A stretch of DNA of 64,000 nt from Takakia lepidozioides (Eukaryota > Plantae > Bryophyta), in the NCBI GenBank assembly GCA_030704615.1, contig CM060733.1:53072001-53136000 (forward strand), written 5' to 3'. The translations under genes and the position numbers were made by a program. The notes under the pieces are model-generated. The model saw only the letters and a program-made list of their open reading frames with translations. It had not been told where the DNA came from and made no database searches. Each line of letters begins with the position of its first letter. Position 1 is the first letter of the stretch. Shown here piece by piece: positions 1-11,508 of this stretch.

Positions 1-667
1 CTAGAAAAATGTCCACCTTCCAAATTTACAGCAATTGCCCTGAGGGGGTGAAGTGACATGCTTGCTTCAGCAAGAGTTTGCCTCTCCTCTCTTGGCCAAG
101 TGCTTCGGCTTTTCGTATGCATTCAGCTTTCTGGACATTCTCTCAAGACAAAAACAAGATCAGGCAAGATTTACTAGGATTTAGACACGTACATCCAAAG
201 AGGGATGAGGGAGGTTGAGTTTTCTCTCCATCTGTAGATAATAGGAAATTGGAGCCAAAATGGTATTGGTAGGTCAATGCAAAATGTTGGAATTTGTTTT
301 CCGTCAGACCTTTGAAAACAACAAGCCATAAGATTCAATGGTCTGCTTAATGAGTAATTGAAACCTGTTTCGTCCTGTAATGCTGCATTTGGTCAATATA
401 TTCTGTTGTGAGTCATCCCTTCGCCTTTGCTGCTCAAGGTACTTCAAAGGTAGAAGATGCACCAGTCTGAGAATTACACAGAAATCTATAAGATGGCTTG
501 TCTCTCACCAGATATTTTCTTAAGCTTCCTAAGACCTCACCTACCACATTTACACAACTCAGCGGGTATAATATGGAGTTGCTTCACACGAGGGACCTTT
601 CAGACCTCTTCATTTGTAGGTGTTATCCCAAATTGTGCAGCTTCGTCTTATGCAGACTTGCATGTTT

Positions 668-3600
668 CTAAGGAATTGAAGTTTGTGAGACACCAGTTCT
701 CAGAGTGCTGCCGTTGAGCAACAATAAATACTCAGATATAGCCTCCCCTTCCTTGTCCACCTCGATGTCATACTCTGCGAGAGGATCCCCTGTCAGATTC
801 TGGGCGATCTCCACCTCCATCTCCTCATCACGATCATCAAGGTCATTTAACGTAGGACTTTCAGGCGCGGAGTCGTCTGTGCCCTGCTCTGCCGCTGAGG
901 CATTGCTGGGAGCAGTTGGGTCAGAAGTGCTAGCTAACTGGTTCTGCAGCAGCTTCTCGATTGCCTCCGTGGGGTCCAGAGTCCCTTGCAGTGCCTTCAA
1001 CACTGATACAACAGTGTTAGTAATGTTTGAATCGGTTTAAGTCTTTCGAGTATGGACATGGACTCATCATCCTTACTTTCCAGTAGCTTTGTGCCCATTC
1101 ACAACGACCCCCCAGCCTGCGCTCGAGAAGGAGAAGGGGGACAGGTGGGCAATCAGAATGGGACTACGTTCCAGAAGGTTTGCTCCTAGGGCATTACCAG
1201 AGCAACATTAAAAGTAACATGAGAACCTAAAGCCAGAGGCAAGTGTTCACAAAACATTTTTGGTTGCCCAAGGCTGGGTGATCCATAATGCCCACCCAAT
1301 GACTAAACTCCACTGTGCCTGCTGCGCAGCACTGTTGGCTTTTGAAGATTTCAATTATCTTCATGTGAACTCTTAGACTCAAGTCACCGAAGCAGAAAGC
1401 CAGCCTCTAGTCACAAGGGCAGCGCTGGCCCTTCAATACGAGGACCAACTGTCTGGATGTAAGGGCACATGTACCTCTCTTTCTGTCAAATCCCATTGAC
1501 ATGAGCTCTGCCAGTGCTGTCTCATCTACAGGCCCATATCGTCGCTGCCCCCCCAACAATGTCTGTAGACAAACAGCCACCACTCAATATAGATTGCCAG
1601 AGCTTCACCTTGTGTATCACACAAAAAGGCAGGTGGTTTTGTATCCTGGAAAACCATTCTTTACTTACTAACAGCCGCAGTATCCTTCAGGCTTGTGGGA
1701 TACTATTTTAGGATCTCTTACTGAAATGGCTAAAGATGAGTTACTTAAATCAAGAAGCTGAACGAGTTAAGATAAAGTAAGCCAATAGTAGTACCCAATC
1801 TACTGGTTTACAGCCGATGATATGTTTATTGACAACACAACAAACAAACCAATCACAGCCATTCATCAAGACAATTCCAAGCCTACTGCCACACTCATGC
1901 ACAATGAAACAGCAGGGGAGCCACTTGAAACTGCACATCCTTTAAAAAAAAAAAAAAAAAAAAACTTTCTGCCATAATGACTAACAACAGTGCAAACAAA
2001 TATCAACAAGGAGAGGAAACTTAAGACCTGAAGAGTAGCGAAGGAGGTAGGGTTCATCAACATCTCCAGTGCCAAATCCTTGTCATTTTCGCTTTGCTTC
2101 AATGCTTCTGCTACCACCCGCTGGTTATATCTGACACCCATCGACCCGAACAATACTCAATCAGCATGTCCACTATTAGCCCACAGCATCTCCCCACAGA
2201 AACGATCAAAGTACAAAACAAGGGTCTTACAAGCCAGCTATCTTTGTTTGCTCATATCCAAGTCTGGCTCTAAGACAGTCACTTCTTACCCCATGGAGGC
2301 AAGCTCTCCGAGCTTTCTGATGTCAACTGCTTTACCCCCGACAGTTTTCCCGTATTTCTTCTGCTGCCTGCAGCCAATGCAGCCAATGGCCCTTATGAAC
2401 TTCCCATGCATTTCATACCCAGAATAATTGCAGAACTCTCTAGTCCACATCCTACATAAGAAAAGTTGTTACCATCAAGTCGAGGAATGAGGATTTCACA
2501 AAATGCTCGGAGAAATTATCATGTGCTGAAATCAGATAATAACACGAAACTTTTGGCGGTTTTGTTTTTCTGGGGTCGCTGTGTTGTATGCACCTTAGCA
2601 TCCAGGCTGAGCTATCCAGGACAAGCCAATCTAATCTTGTCGAAAATTTACATGGTCCCAAAGATTTTCTCAATATGCACACAAAATACATAAACATGCA
2701 CACAAAATATGTACACATATGCCTAAAATTGTGAATAATGCAACCCTGCCATGCACAAACATTCACAAATTCACATATGTGTATAGAGAGGGCTCACCTG
2801 CGCTCCCGTTGTCGCCGCCTATCCTCCTGTGACTTCAGTAGTCTTTTTTGGCGTTCATCCATCACAAACTCAGCTGCCCGCTGCATATCTTGCCCTGACA
2901 CTCGCAGAGCCCTGCGTGACTCTGAATACGAAAATCCCATACCCGCCAGCAATGCCAGAGCCTCATCTGACACTTGCAGCTGCAAAACCCCTCATATACA
3001 CCTTTATTACTCCCTATTACATGTCTCAAGCGCCTTGATGCATGAAGCAGTCAACTTGAAGTCGGACATTCAAGTTGCTACTAATACTTGCCAAGTGACA
3101 AAAGACTGTTATATTCTCACTTTCCTGAACTCGAGTCTGCAAAAATATAGGTCAGGTAAAGCATAACCTAGCATAGATGCAGGAGAGCATAGGATGGTAG
3201 ACCTGTTGATACTTGCTTTGGGCAGAAAGCAGTGATTGCCGTGCTACATCTGACAGTCCGCTGTGGAAGGCCACCACCCCCTCTAAAAGCTCCAGCCTCA
3301 CATACCTGAACATACAAGAAGAAAACACTTGTTGACAACACCAAATTTGTTTGCTGGTTGGGATCAGTGAGAAGCACCAACTTGCAGCAGTAGCCAACCA
3401 TGGGAGAACACCCGCTGACAGTTGTGTTGATTCATTATCCATAGAATCCAGACTATTTCAGGACTAAATCCACCCATACAACCAATAAACTGGTAACACA
3501 GCATGAGCCAAAGACTTTGTTCTACCACTCTCCTTGTCGTATAAGAACCGGGGAGGTAGAGGACTACAAGCCCCTCCTGCCAGCCCTAACATTCAATTCC

Positions 3601-6231
3601 CTGTAGCTTCATCTATTGAAGTGCTTTGACAAAATTTCTGGCACAGGGATTCTCACCAGTTGCACTAGTACCAGTTCAATTCTAGACTTTCCCCTGCTAT
3701 GAATCACGATGATTGGCTCTGGGAGGGTTGACGTACATACTCTCACAGGAACATCATATCCAGTCGTTACAGCAAATACTGAATCAATACATCATGTGTG
3801 CGTCGCTGACTCTCTCTCTCTCTGACCAGACAATGATACACAAGCAAACGTCGTCTTCTGAGCAAACAAGTAAACAAGCAGGCTACAGTGAACAACGTCT
3901 TATGAGTGCCTTCTCTGAGCAGACAAATGTTTCTCCCCCACCATCCCTCCCTTCTTTCACCCTCTCCTTCACACATCAATGCTAGAGGAAGAGCTGGCAA
4001 GTTGACACACAGAGCAAGCTCGGGGCAGAATCCTCCTTGCAAGACACGGAGGCGCTCCAAATCTCGGCCATGTGAACGGCATAGCCCATCACGAGCCTTT
4101 GCCAGGCGGTCACGTGCGACAGCCAAGCGAGCAATGTCGCGCAGCATGAACAAGCACCACACTGTATCAATCTGCAGGAGTGCCACATTGTCCACCTCCT
4201 ACAAGATGCGGCAATGTTCTCGTCACCCAAGGCCCATGCTAACAAACCAAGTCAAGATAACGAATTTCACTCACAAATATAGATCTTAGCGTCAAGTGAA
4301 GCTTCTCACCACTACAAAAACTGTTCAAGAGGTCTCATAACCAGGATACAGTCTATAGCATGAAGTCAAGGTTAAAAACAGGGCGGAAGTTGTAATATAT
4401 TGAAGCACTGACAATCCTTCGTCTGAAGGTCACTACCTGAGAGGAATGACGTCAAATACCTCAAGAAATTTGCGGTCACAGAGAAGAAAGGATTCCTGCC
4501 ATCAACAGAGTATATCTCAACAAAGGCTGGATCATCTGCAAGATATTTGCTTCACAAAGATCCATTCTGCCTTTTATGGCTAGAATGCATAGCACCTATA
4601 TTCTTCTAATTTATACATTGTTCCATGTTTGCAAAGCAGGTCTCCACGTGCACAACCCACCGGGAATTTCATTATCTAGTATTGTGCAAATTATCAATGA
4701 TAATAAATAGTTTCCGAGCCATTTAGAGACATACCACGCAGCAAATTGAGACTCTTGACAAAGATACTGGATTTGATTCCAACGCTGACAGCTACTGCTT
4801 GTGATTCATGAAGATACAGTTCTCTAAAAAGTAAGGAGTCCTCTTACTGAGAAGGGTGAAAAGTTACTTCCACCATACAAGTAGAAGAATCTGTAGAACA
4901 AGTGTCTTGGCAAGTTACTCATGTTCTTGCCAACTCCAGAACTGTAACAGTTTCTCACTACAAAATGCTCAGTTTTAACAACTAGACCATCACAGTAACT
5001 GAATTGACCCTCTTCAGTTGCCTTGGCATGAAAACCACATGCAATGTGCAAGCAAGTCTCCAGGATATTACATTGTACCTCTGCCATAGCAAGGACCTCC
5101 AGGGCTTCAATGTACTGGTTCTGTTGAAGCAGGTCACGGGCCTTAGAATGCAGCATTAATCCCATTACCAGTGCCCTGCGTGTTGGCCCACCCCTGTTTG
5201 TGAAAAACCACCAACCTACAACATCTTTTGGCCCCGACAGGAAAATGCAAACCCTAAATTATATGTCTACAAAGAGCCAGAGATTCTAGCATGGGTGAGA
5301 GGAGTTACCCACGTAAATAAGGCATGGGAATAAAGTACAAGACACTAATAACCAACGATCCCCTGATTTTTCCCACATATCATTTTCCCAGGCAAGAGCA
5401 ACTGCAAGTGTCAAATCCAGTGGCTCCCCAACTGAGTCGTGATAAAACCTAAGAGCGGAATGTCAGGAGCCGTCTTAGAGTGTAATAAGAGGAAGAAATA
5501 GGCACGTCACAGGAATGGCCTACCTGCGATCGTTCTCAGAGCTGAATTTGAGCTTCTCCCCACTTTGATTCTCGAGTTGCAAGTCGAAATTATCCGACGG
5601 ATATGCGTCCTCATTGCTTCTCTTCGCCATTGCATCCGCTGCTGACCTGCATCGAGCTTGGTATGATCAGAAACCGGAACATCCAATCAAACTTCTCAAT
5701 ATAACCTTTTGAACCGAAATTCTTGTTTCTTTTGTTTCAGACTTCGAACTCCAACCAGATTGCAGTGATCCCAATTACCTCCATGCAAACTATTCCTGCT
5801 ATTAATCTGCTCGAAACTTTCTTTGTGTGAGGGTCCCAACGAACCGGAAGAAGAAAGGAAAAGTTGGAAGAATGTCACTTTAGGAGACATAGACAAAGAA
5901 TCGCATACTTGATCCGAGCCAGACGCTCTGAGCGCTCCAGCTCAACATTGACGGAGCTGGCCTGCTGCACGCCCACACGAGTGAGCAACAGCTTTGAATT
6001 TTCTCCCAGCCCCACCTCCTTCAAGCTCCGTGATCGCGCATCGTCGTCCTTGAGAACCCGGCCTGCGCTGATCAGGTTGATACTGGACACGCCAAATCCA
6101 GACCGCCGGGACACCTCCGCGCGCAGATCCGCAACGCTCCATGCATCCAGCGGCACGTCCAGCACCCCCGTCCATGCGCCTGCCACCCGAAGCCGCGATG
6201 CCCTGCTACTGGGCTCTGCCGCATCCCCCAT
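668..6231 (-). CDS. NUB1: NUB1-like protein (N-terminal ubiquitin-like domain, three UBA domains), about 11 exons
   Basis: Exons can be joined at GT-AG sites (approximate): 6231-5909 (UBL, INLISAGRVLKDD), 5646-5524 (LENQSGEKLKFSSENDR), ~5176-5078 (MGLMLHSKAR..ALEVLAMAE), ~4496-4460, ~4198-4010 (DNVALLQIDTVWC), ~3306-3202 (YVRLELLEGVVAFH), ~2979-2798 (UBA, MGFSYSESRRALR), ~2368-2288, ~2130-2028, ~1563-1474 (LAELMSMGFD), ~1004-668 (DEEMEVEIAQNLTGDPLAEYDIEV). These motifs match plant NUB1 as I recognise it. Confidence 0.9.
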
Positions 6232-6730
6232 CTCCCGTTGCTGCCCTCACACACCACAATTCTACAAAACCCAACAAAGAAAAAGCACGATTCTTCCCAT
6301 ACCCAACAAAACCCACCACTGCACAGCACGATCCCCACCAGATCTCCGGCCTGGCAGAGAAACAGAAAGAGATCTTACAGAGAGAGAGGACTCTCACACG
6401 ACAGGGATGCGACAAACAGGAGCGTGCGCATGTGGAGTGTGGATATATGTAGGTACATAGCAATGATAGACCCAATACCGACACCTCCTTTGACCTATAC
6501 TTATTACTTACTTACTTGTGTTGGGTCCCACTCTTTCCCTCTCTGCCTCCACAGTCTACAAGTTAAGTATGTATGTCCATCCCCTACCGCCCTGCTACCG
6601 AGTCTTAGGATCAAACACAGTTTCCAAGCAAATCCAGGGCTGAGCTTGCAGGACCCACAGCATCTAACTAGGTTTGTTCAGTGTCTAAATAGAGACCTCC
6701 TTATTCCCAGAAAATCCTGTATTACATTGG

Positions 6731-7312
6731 GGAAGATAATAGGAATAATGTAAGAACTTAATGCACACGTGCAACCTCTGACAGGATGGTACGCCAGTTT
6801 CTGGCATGTCAAATCTTCCCCACCCTCTCTTTGAGAGTGACATGGAACTGAAAGAGTGTCAACTCCAGTCGGGGTTACACGACAAGACTCCACTCGGGGT
6901 TACACAGAATGGAGTGTAACTCCAGTCGGTGTAACCCACACTTGGTCTCGAAATTTGACTACGTCCAAATGTGGTTAAGTAAAATGACCAACCAGAGTTA
7001 CATTAGAAACCGAGGTTTCAGAGGGTTACACCAAGTTGAGGGTTACATCAACCGGGATTACCCTGCTAGAGCCTACCATCAAGAGTTGAACCTGGAACCT
7101 TGTCACCTACATTGTTACCACCTAACCATCACGCTACCCACCACACCTTGCAACTCCTTTGGATTCATAAGTATTTAATAGTGAAACCGAGGTAATAGGG
7201 AGTGGGGAGGATTTGACAGGGGCCCCGCCGGAGAAGCCAAGGTACCAGCAGCGAAAGTACTGTCAGATCACGGGGCGTCCATTAAGTTCTTACATTATTC
7301 CTATTGTCTTCC
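6731..7312. mobile_element. Non-autonomous Mutator-like (MULE) element / MITE
   Basis: The 33-bp terminal inverted repeat GGAAGAYAATAGGAATAATGTAAGAACTTAATG matches 32/33, with further inverted similarity inward (TGTCAAATCYTCCCCAC). The 9-bp flanks TTACATTGG and TTACAGTGC match 7/9, like a decayed 9-bp TSD. Confidence 0.7.
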
Positions 7313-7589
7313 TTACAGTGCCTTCCTTCCCCGGGAAGGTTTTAATTTATTGGCGCAGAGACTTTGCATATTTTGAAGTCCATGGAGAAAATGTGGTCAA
7401 CTGACCTTATGTTTAGTCTAAAAAAGCTCTTAAGTATAAACCACGTGGCAGCTTGTCAAAATTGTTGCTTCAATGGACAGAGCCTCTCGCGGTTTGCAGC
7501 TTGTTAATATTAATATTATTTTTGCTTGTAATTAGTTTTTGCTATGTATGTAGGTTAGCCAGAGCCTCTTGCGGTTTGCAGCTTGTTAA

Positions 7590-8409
7590 CCCTTAAGTTC
7601 CCAAGCCCTTTTTTGACTTTTTACCAATTTTGGGTACCCAGCTGCAGTAAATTGCCCCTAGAAACTACCAAAAATCATCCACAGATTCCAGCCTTATAGC
7701 AATGGGCCCAGCTCATTTATGCATGACATACCAAAATATGAGCCAAGTCCACCGTGGAAATTGTGAGATTATAGCGTTGACCCGGACCTCAAATATCAGG
7801 TCCCAAGGAAAAAGTGAGAAAGAAATTGGTTTGACCAAATCAAAACCTAGCTTTCTCCAATTTTGCTTGCCCCAGACCCCACCATTTCCAAATCAATAGT
7901 GGAGTGGCTATGACCCCACTAAATTGCAGGTCCAACTGATTTTTTCACCTATGCTTGCTTTGCATGCAATTACATGGGGGTTGAAATCTCAAAATTGACA
8001 GCAGAAAATGTGCCTCCAAATGAAGTACTTTTTTTCTACAAATTTTGTAAAAGCCAACGGTGGATGTGTGTATGTAATGCTCACACACCACAAGGTGAAG
8101 TGTTTTTCCAAAATTGCTAATTTCTGCCAAAAATGGCCTTTGGAGTGCAATCTGTTTTGGGCTTGTTTACCTGCCACGTCAGCGGTCAACAGCCCTTTTC
8201 AGGCCCCAAAACGTAAATTAAAGATCTAAGATATTTTTTGTCAGTCACAACTTTTGTTTTTTTTTAGTTTTGTTTTTTGCATCATACTCGAGACAAATCC
8301 CTTGTCATTAAAGGTTCAGGAGTGGGCCCCATCAGATTAGATCTGCAAAAATTAGGTCGACCCTGCAAATTCAAAGTGACCCGATTCAGGTCGCTTGGGA
8401 ACTTAAGGG
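7590..8409. mobile_element. piggyBac-like non-autonomous element (820 bp)
   Basis: Perfect 17-bp TIR CCCTTAAGTTCCCAAGC / GCTTGGGAACTTAAGGG, flanked by TTAA at 7586-7589 and 8410-8413. The uninterrupted target sequence is present in the tandem duplicate at ~7480-7560. Confidence 0.85.
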
Positions 8410-8891
8410 TTAATATTAATATTATTTTTGCTTGTAATTAGTTTTTGCTATGTATGTAGGTTAGCTAGCTGGCATATATTGTATTTCACTAAAAAAAAAA
8501 AAAGTGGACGTATTGATGAAGCAAGCGTAAATTAGGTGTCACTTGACCCCAAGGACAAGTGCCTTCCAGTGGTGGAAGGAACGTCTAACATTTGGTTTGA
8601 ACCCACAACCACTAGTGAAGCAGTTTATGCCCTTAGGCTAAATGTTAATAAATTACAACGAGATGATGCTAAAAAAACCCAGTACAAAGGTCTCAAGGTC
8701 GGATCCAGTGTTGGGCGGTTCTATAGTTTTGGGTAGAACCTGCAGGGTAGGTTCTATCTTGTGGAAGGTAAATAGAGAACCTCCGGGCCGGGTTCTGAAA
8801 AATATGGAGAGTTACAGAACTTGCGGTGCAGGGTATATCTCTGAGTTACATTATTACGGGTATGTTTTATACCGGTTCTTTCATGCAATTA

Positions 8892-9789
8892 CCGTCCCTT
8901 GTCAACCGTTTCGGCATTTTTGTGCCTAATAATTATTAAATACCAAACAGACTACTTAGGCACGTTTCTCAAACCATTTCTCACATTAGGCATCTTCATG
9001 CTATAAGTTTTTTGAATTAGGCACATGAGAAGATAAAACATTTATTTTTTTAAGAATAAAAATACAAAATAGAAACCCAATGCCCATGGGCCCCTTGTCC
9101 CATCCCAACCGGCCCAGCTCAAATCTCCTCCAAGCTTGCAAGCTCCAGCTACCCTTCATTCCTTGCAAACCCTAAAAATGCACATCTTTGTTGTACGCGG
9201 TGCTCCAAGGCTCAAGCTGGTACAATGCTCACTAAGTCACTAGTGGTAAGCAAGAACTTACTTGATTTCAATAATGGTATGTGTTGGTACAGTGCTCTTG
9301 AAATAGTGGTAAGCTGCAAGCTCTCAGGATATCCCGGATATCTACCTTGACCTTAGTGCAAAGGAAACTATGTGTAGATGTTTTGCAAATCTGCACATTG
9401 AAAATGAGGATATCCTTGATCTCAATGTGGTGGACGAGGTAGATGGAGAGAGATTCATGATGATTTAAAGCGAGGAGGATGAATATGATGACATTGTCGA
9501 GTCCATGCAGGGGCCTTTCGAAGTTACATAGAGCTCTCGCAAATAGGTTGGGATTTGTAGGAAGTTATTTCCGCACGCATATATTTGTATTGATTTTTGT
9601 TCAATGAATTTTCATCTTATTACAAACAACATGAGAAGAGGCTTGAAAGTTTTTGCTGGAATTTTTAGGCATTAGGCACTTTGGTCCCATAATTTCCGTG
9701 CAATTAGGCCAAAATTTGAAAAATTCTCAAAACGCGTTAGGCACTTTCAATTTGAATTAATTAGCGCCTAAATGGTTGATAAGGGACGG
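8892..9789. mobile_element. Tc1/mariner-type MITE (898 bp)
   Basis: TIR CCGTCCCTTRTCAACCRTTTMGGC (21/24 identical), flanked by TA at 8890-8891 and 9790-9791. No transposase ORF. Confidence 0.8.
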
Positions 9790-10109
9790 TATCCGCCAAA
9801 TCCGGTGCTCGGGTATATGGGTAGAGAACCGTATAGGGAACTGAGAGATGACCCAGTTCCCTCCCGGTTCTGTTTTATTTTTTTTTATTTTTTTATTTTT
9901 TTTAAAGCTGAATGCCAGGACTTCAGCCTGACTTCAGCCGCATTCTGAATTCAAAAGTTGCTATGGATAGATTAAATAAAATATGTGCATGTATGACACA
10001 AAATCCAACCCCATAATTGTCAATAATTAAGGTCATTTTCAAATAATGTGTTGATCCAACAATGCTAATCTAGAGGAAGATCATCTTTAAACTCTTCTCG
10101 CTCCACCTC

Positions 10110-10380
10110 ATTCATTGAACTCTTCTTCAAGAAGCTCTGCCAAATCATCTTCCGGCTCTTGCACTTCTTGGGGTACTCTCACATTTGTGCATCCTTTACG
10201 CGGGTCTGATGGCCAATTTGTGTTTACAAAGATCATCCGATCCAAGTTCTTTGTTTGCAATGGGCAGCGGCGTAGAGCGGTGAGTATCTGAGCAAGTGAA
10301 AAAATCCTCTCAGTCTTTATTTGACTTCCTATAATTCCTAGAATCTGTCGAGCAAGAAGCCCTACGGAAGGAAAGAGGTT
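10110..10380 (-). pseudogene. hAT transposase C-terminal dimerisation-domain remnant
   Basis: My translation of the - strand reads FPSVGLLARQILGIIGSQIKTERIFSLAQILTALRRCPLQTKNLDRMIFVNTNW, which fits the hAT dimerisation motif. A CAGTGTTG start at ~8707 with GAACC/GGTTC subterminal motifs may be one end of the same element. Confidence 0.75.
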
Positions 10381-11508
10381 TACTATTTCATGAGCCCATG
10401 AGCCTATGAGCCTATGAGCTCATGAGCGGGCATCCGCGGAATTGGAATTTTCGTGTCTTTATTGACGGTATTATGTCCTCATACCTCAATAATAGGGTCT
10501 GTTTCTCCTGGTCCAGGATGCGGAATGAGGTATTTCGGCGCCGTTATTCCACGTCACAACTGTAAAACATTGTGCAGGACAGGAAAGAGACACAAACTTG
10601 TAGCCCTCACAAGCCATTGTGCAGACAGGGTAATATATTTAGGGTCAGACGACAGTTCAACTTGCAAACCCCATTCAACACAACATCAACACCACATTGA
10701 CATGACAGAAAATTTCCATACACGCTCAAAATACAAACATCAGGAAACTACAAGTTTTTATTTTGTACAGCGACAACTCCGAGCTTCCATCATCAGAAAT
10801 GGACCACTGCGGCATAAGAAACCTGTGGATCTACCATAACCCGGAGCTTGTGCCCTCCAATCACCCTCCACAATGATCCTTAACGCTCTATGCTGCTGCG
10901 TTGACATCCACAACACGAACCACCGAGTTATCGAACCACAAGTCTAGAATTAGGAGTGGTGCAGTAGTCGTCCACTGCGCATTGCCGTTTTCTGGATTAA
11001 GATGGTGCACATAAAGATACAAGATATCTATAGAGGTCACGTTCGTGAAAACATGCAGATATTGGAGGCGTCATATTGGGACCTCCTCCACAGTGTCGTG
11101 AAATTCGCAAACATCCAGGACAAACCTGTTCCGATTCTCCCTTAGTATCAACAATATATACCCTGGCCCAGAAGAGTGAGTGAGCAACTCAAGAGCCCTA
11201 TCCGGGAGCAAATACTGTGGAGGTGCAGTATAGTTATGGTAGTAAGACCTCCAGAACTCGCCGCAGCAACATCTCTTGATGAAGAGACGAACACTTCGTC
11301 TTCCAAGTCTATCTCGCACAACAAGTATCCACTGTTGTCCACTTCATGCAATGCGGAGCGTTTTGCACCTTAGGCCATGTGTTCGAATTCAAACACTATT
11401 CCGTCGCCCTCTGTCCGCGTGGCTTTTTCTCCGAGTTTGATTCCCAAGCTGACCTTACACTTACTGGCCACTTTTCTGACGTTAACCCGTGTCCACCTAT
11501 CACTAATC

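Noticed and set aside
705-6753. Plus-strand ORFs overlapping NUB1 (e.g. 5864-6460), and similar antisense ORFs over the retroelements
   Set aside because: They are shadow ORFs of GC-rich exons or pol, with no independent motifs.
10450-11500. Possible degraded coding sequence (Cys-rich short ORFs)
   Set aside because: No recognisable domain motif in the frames I translated.
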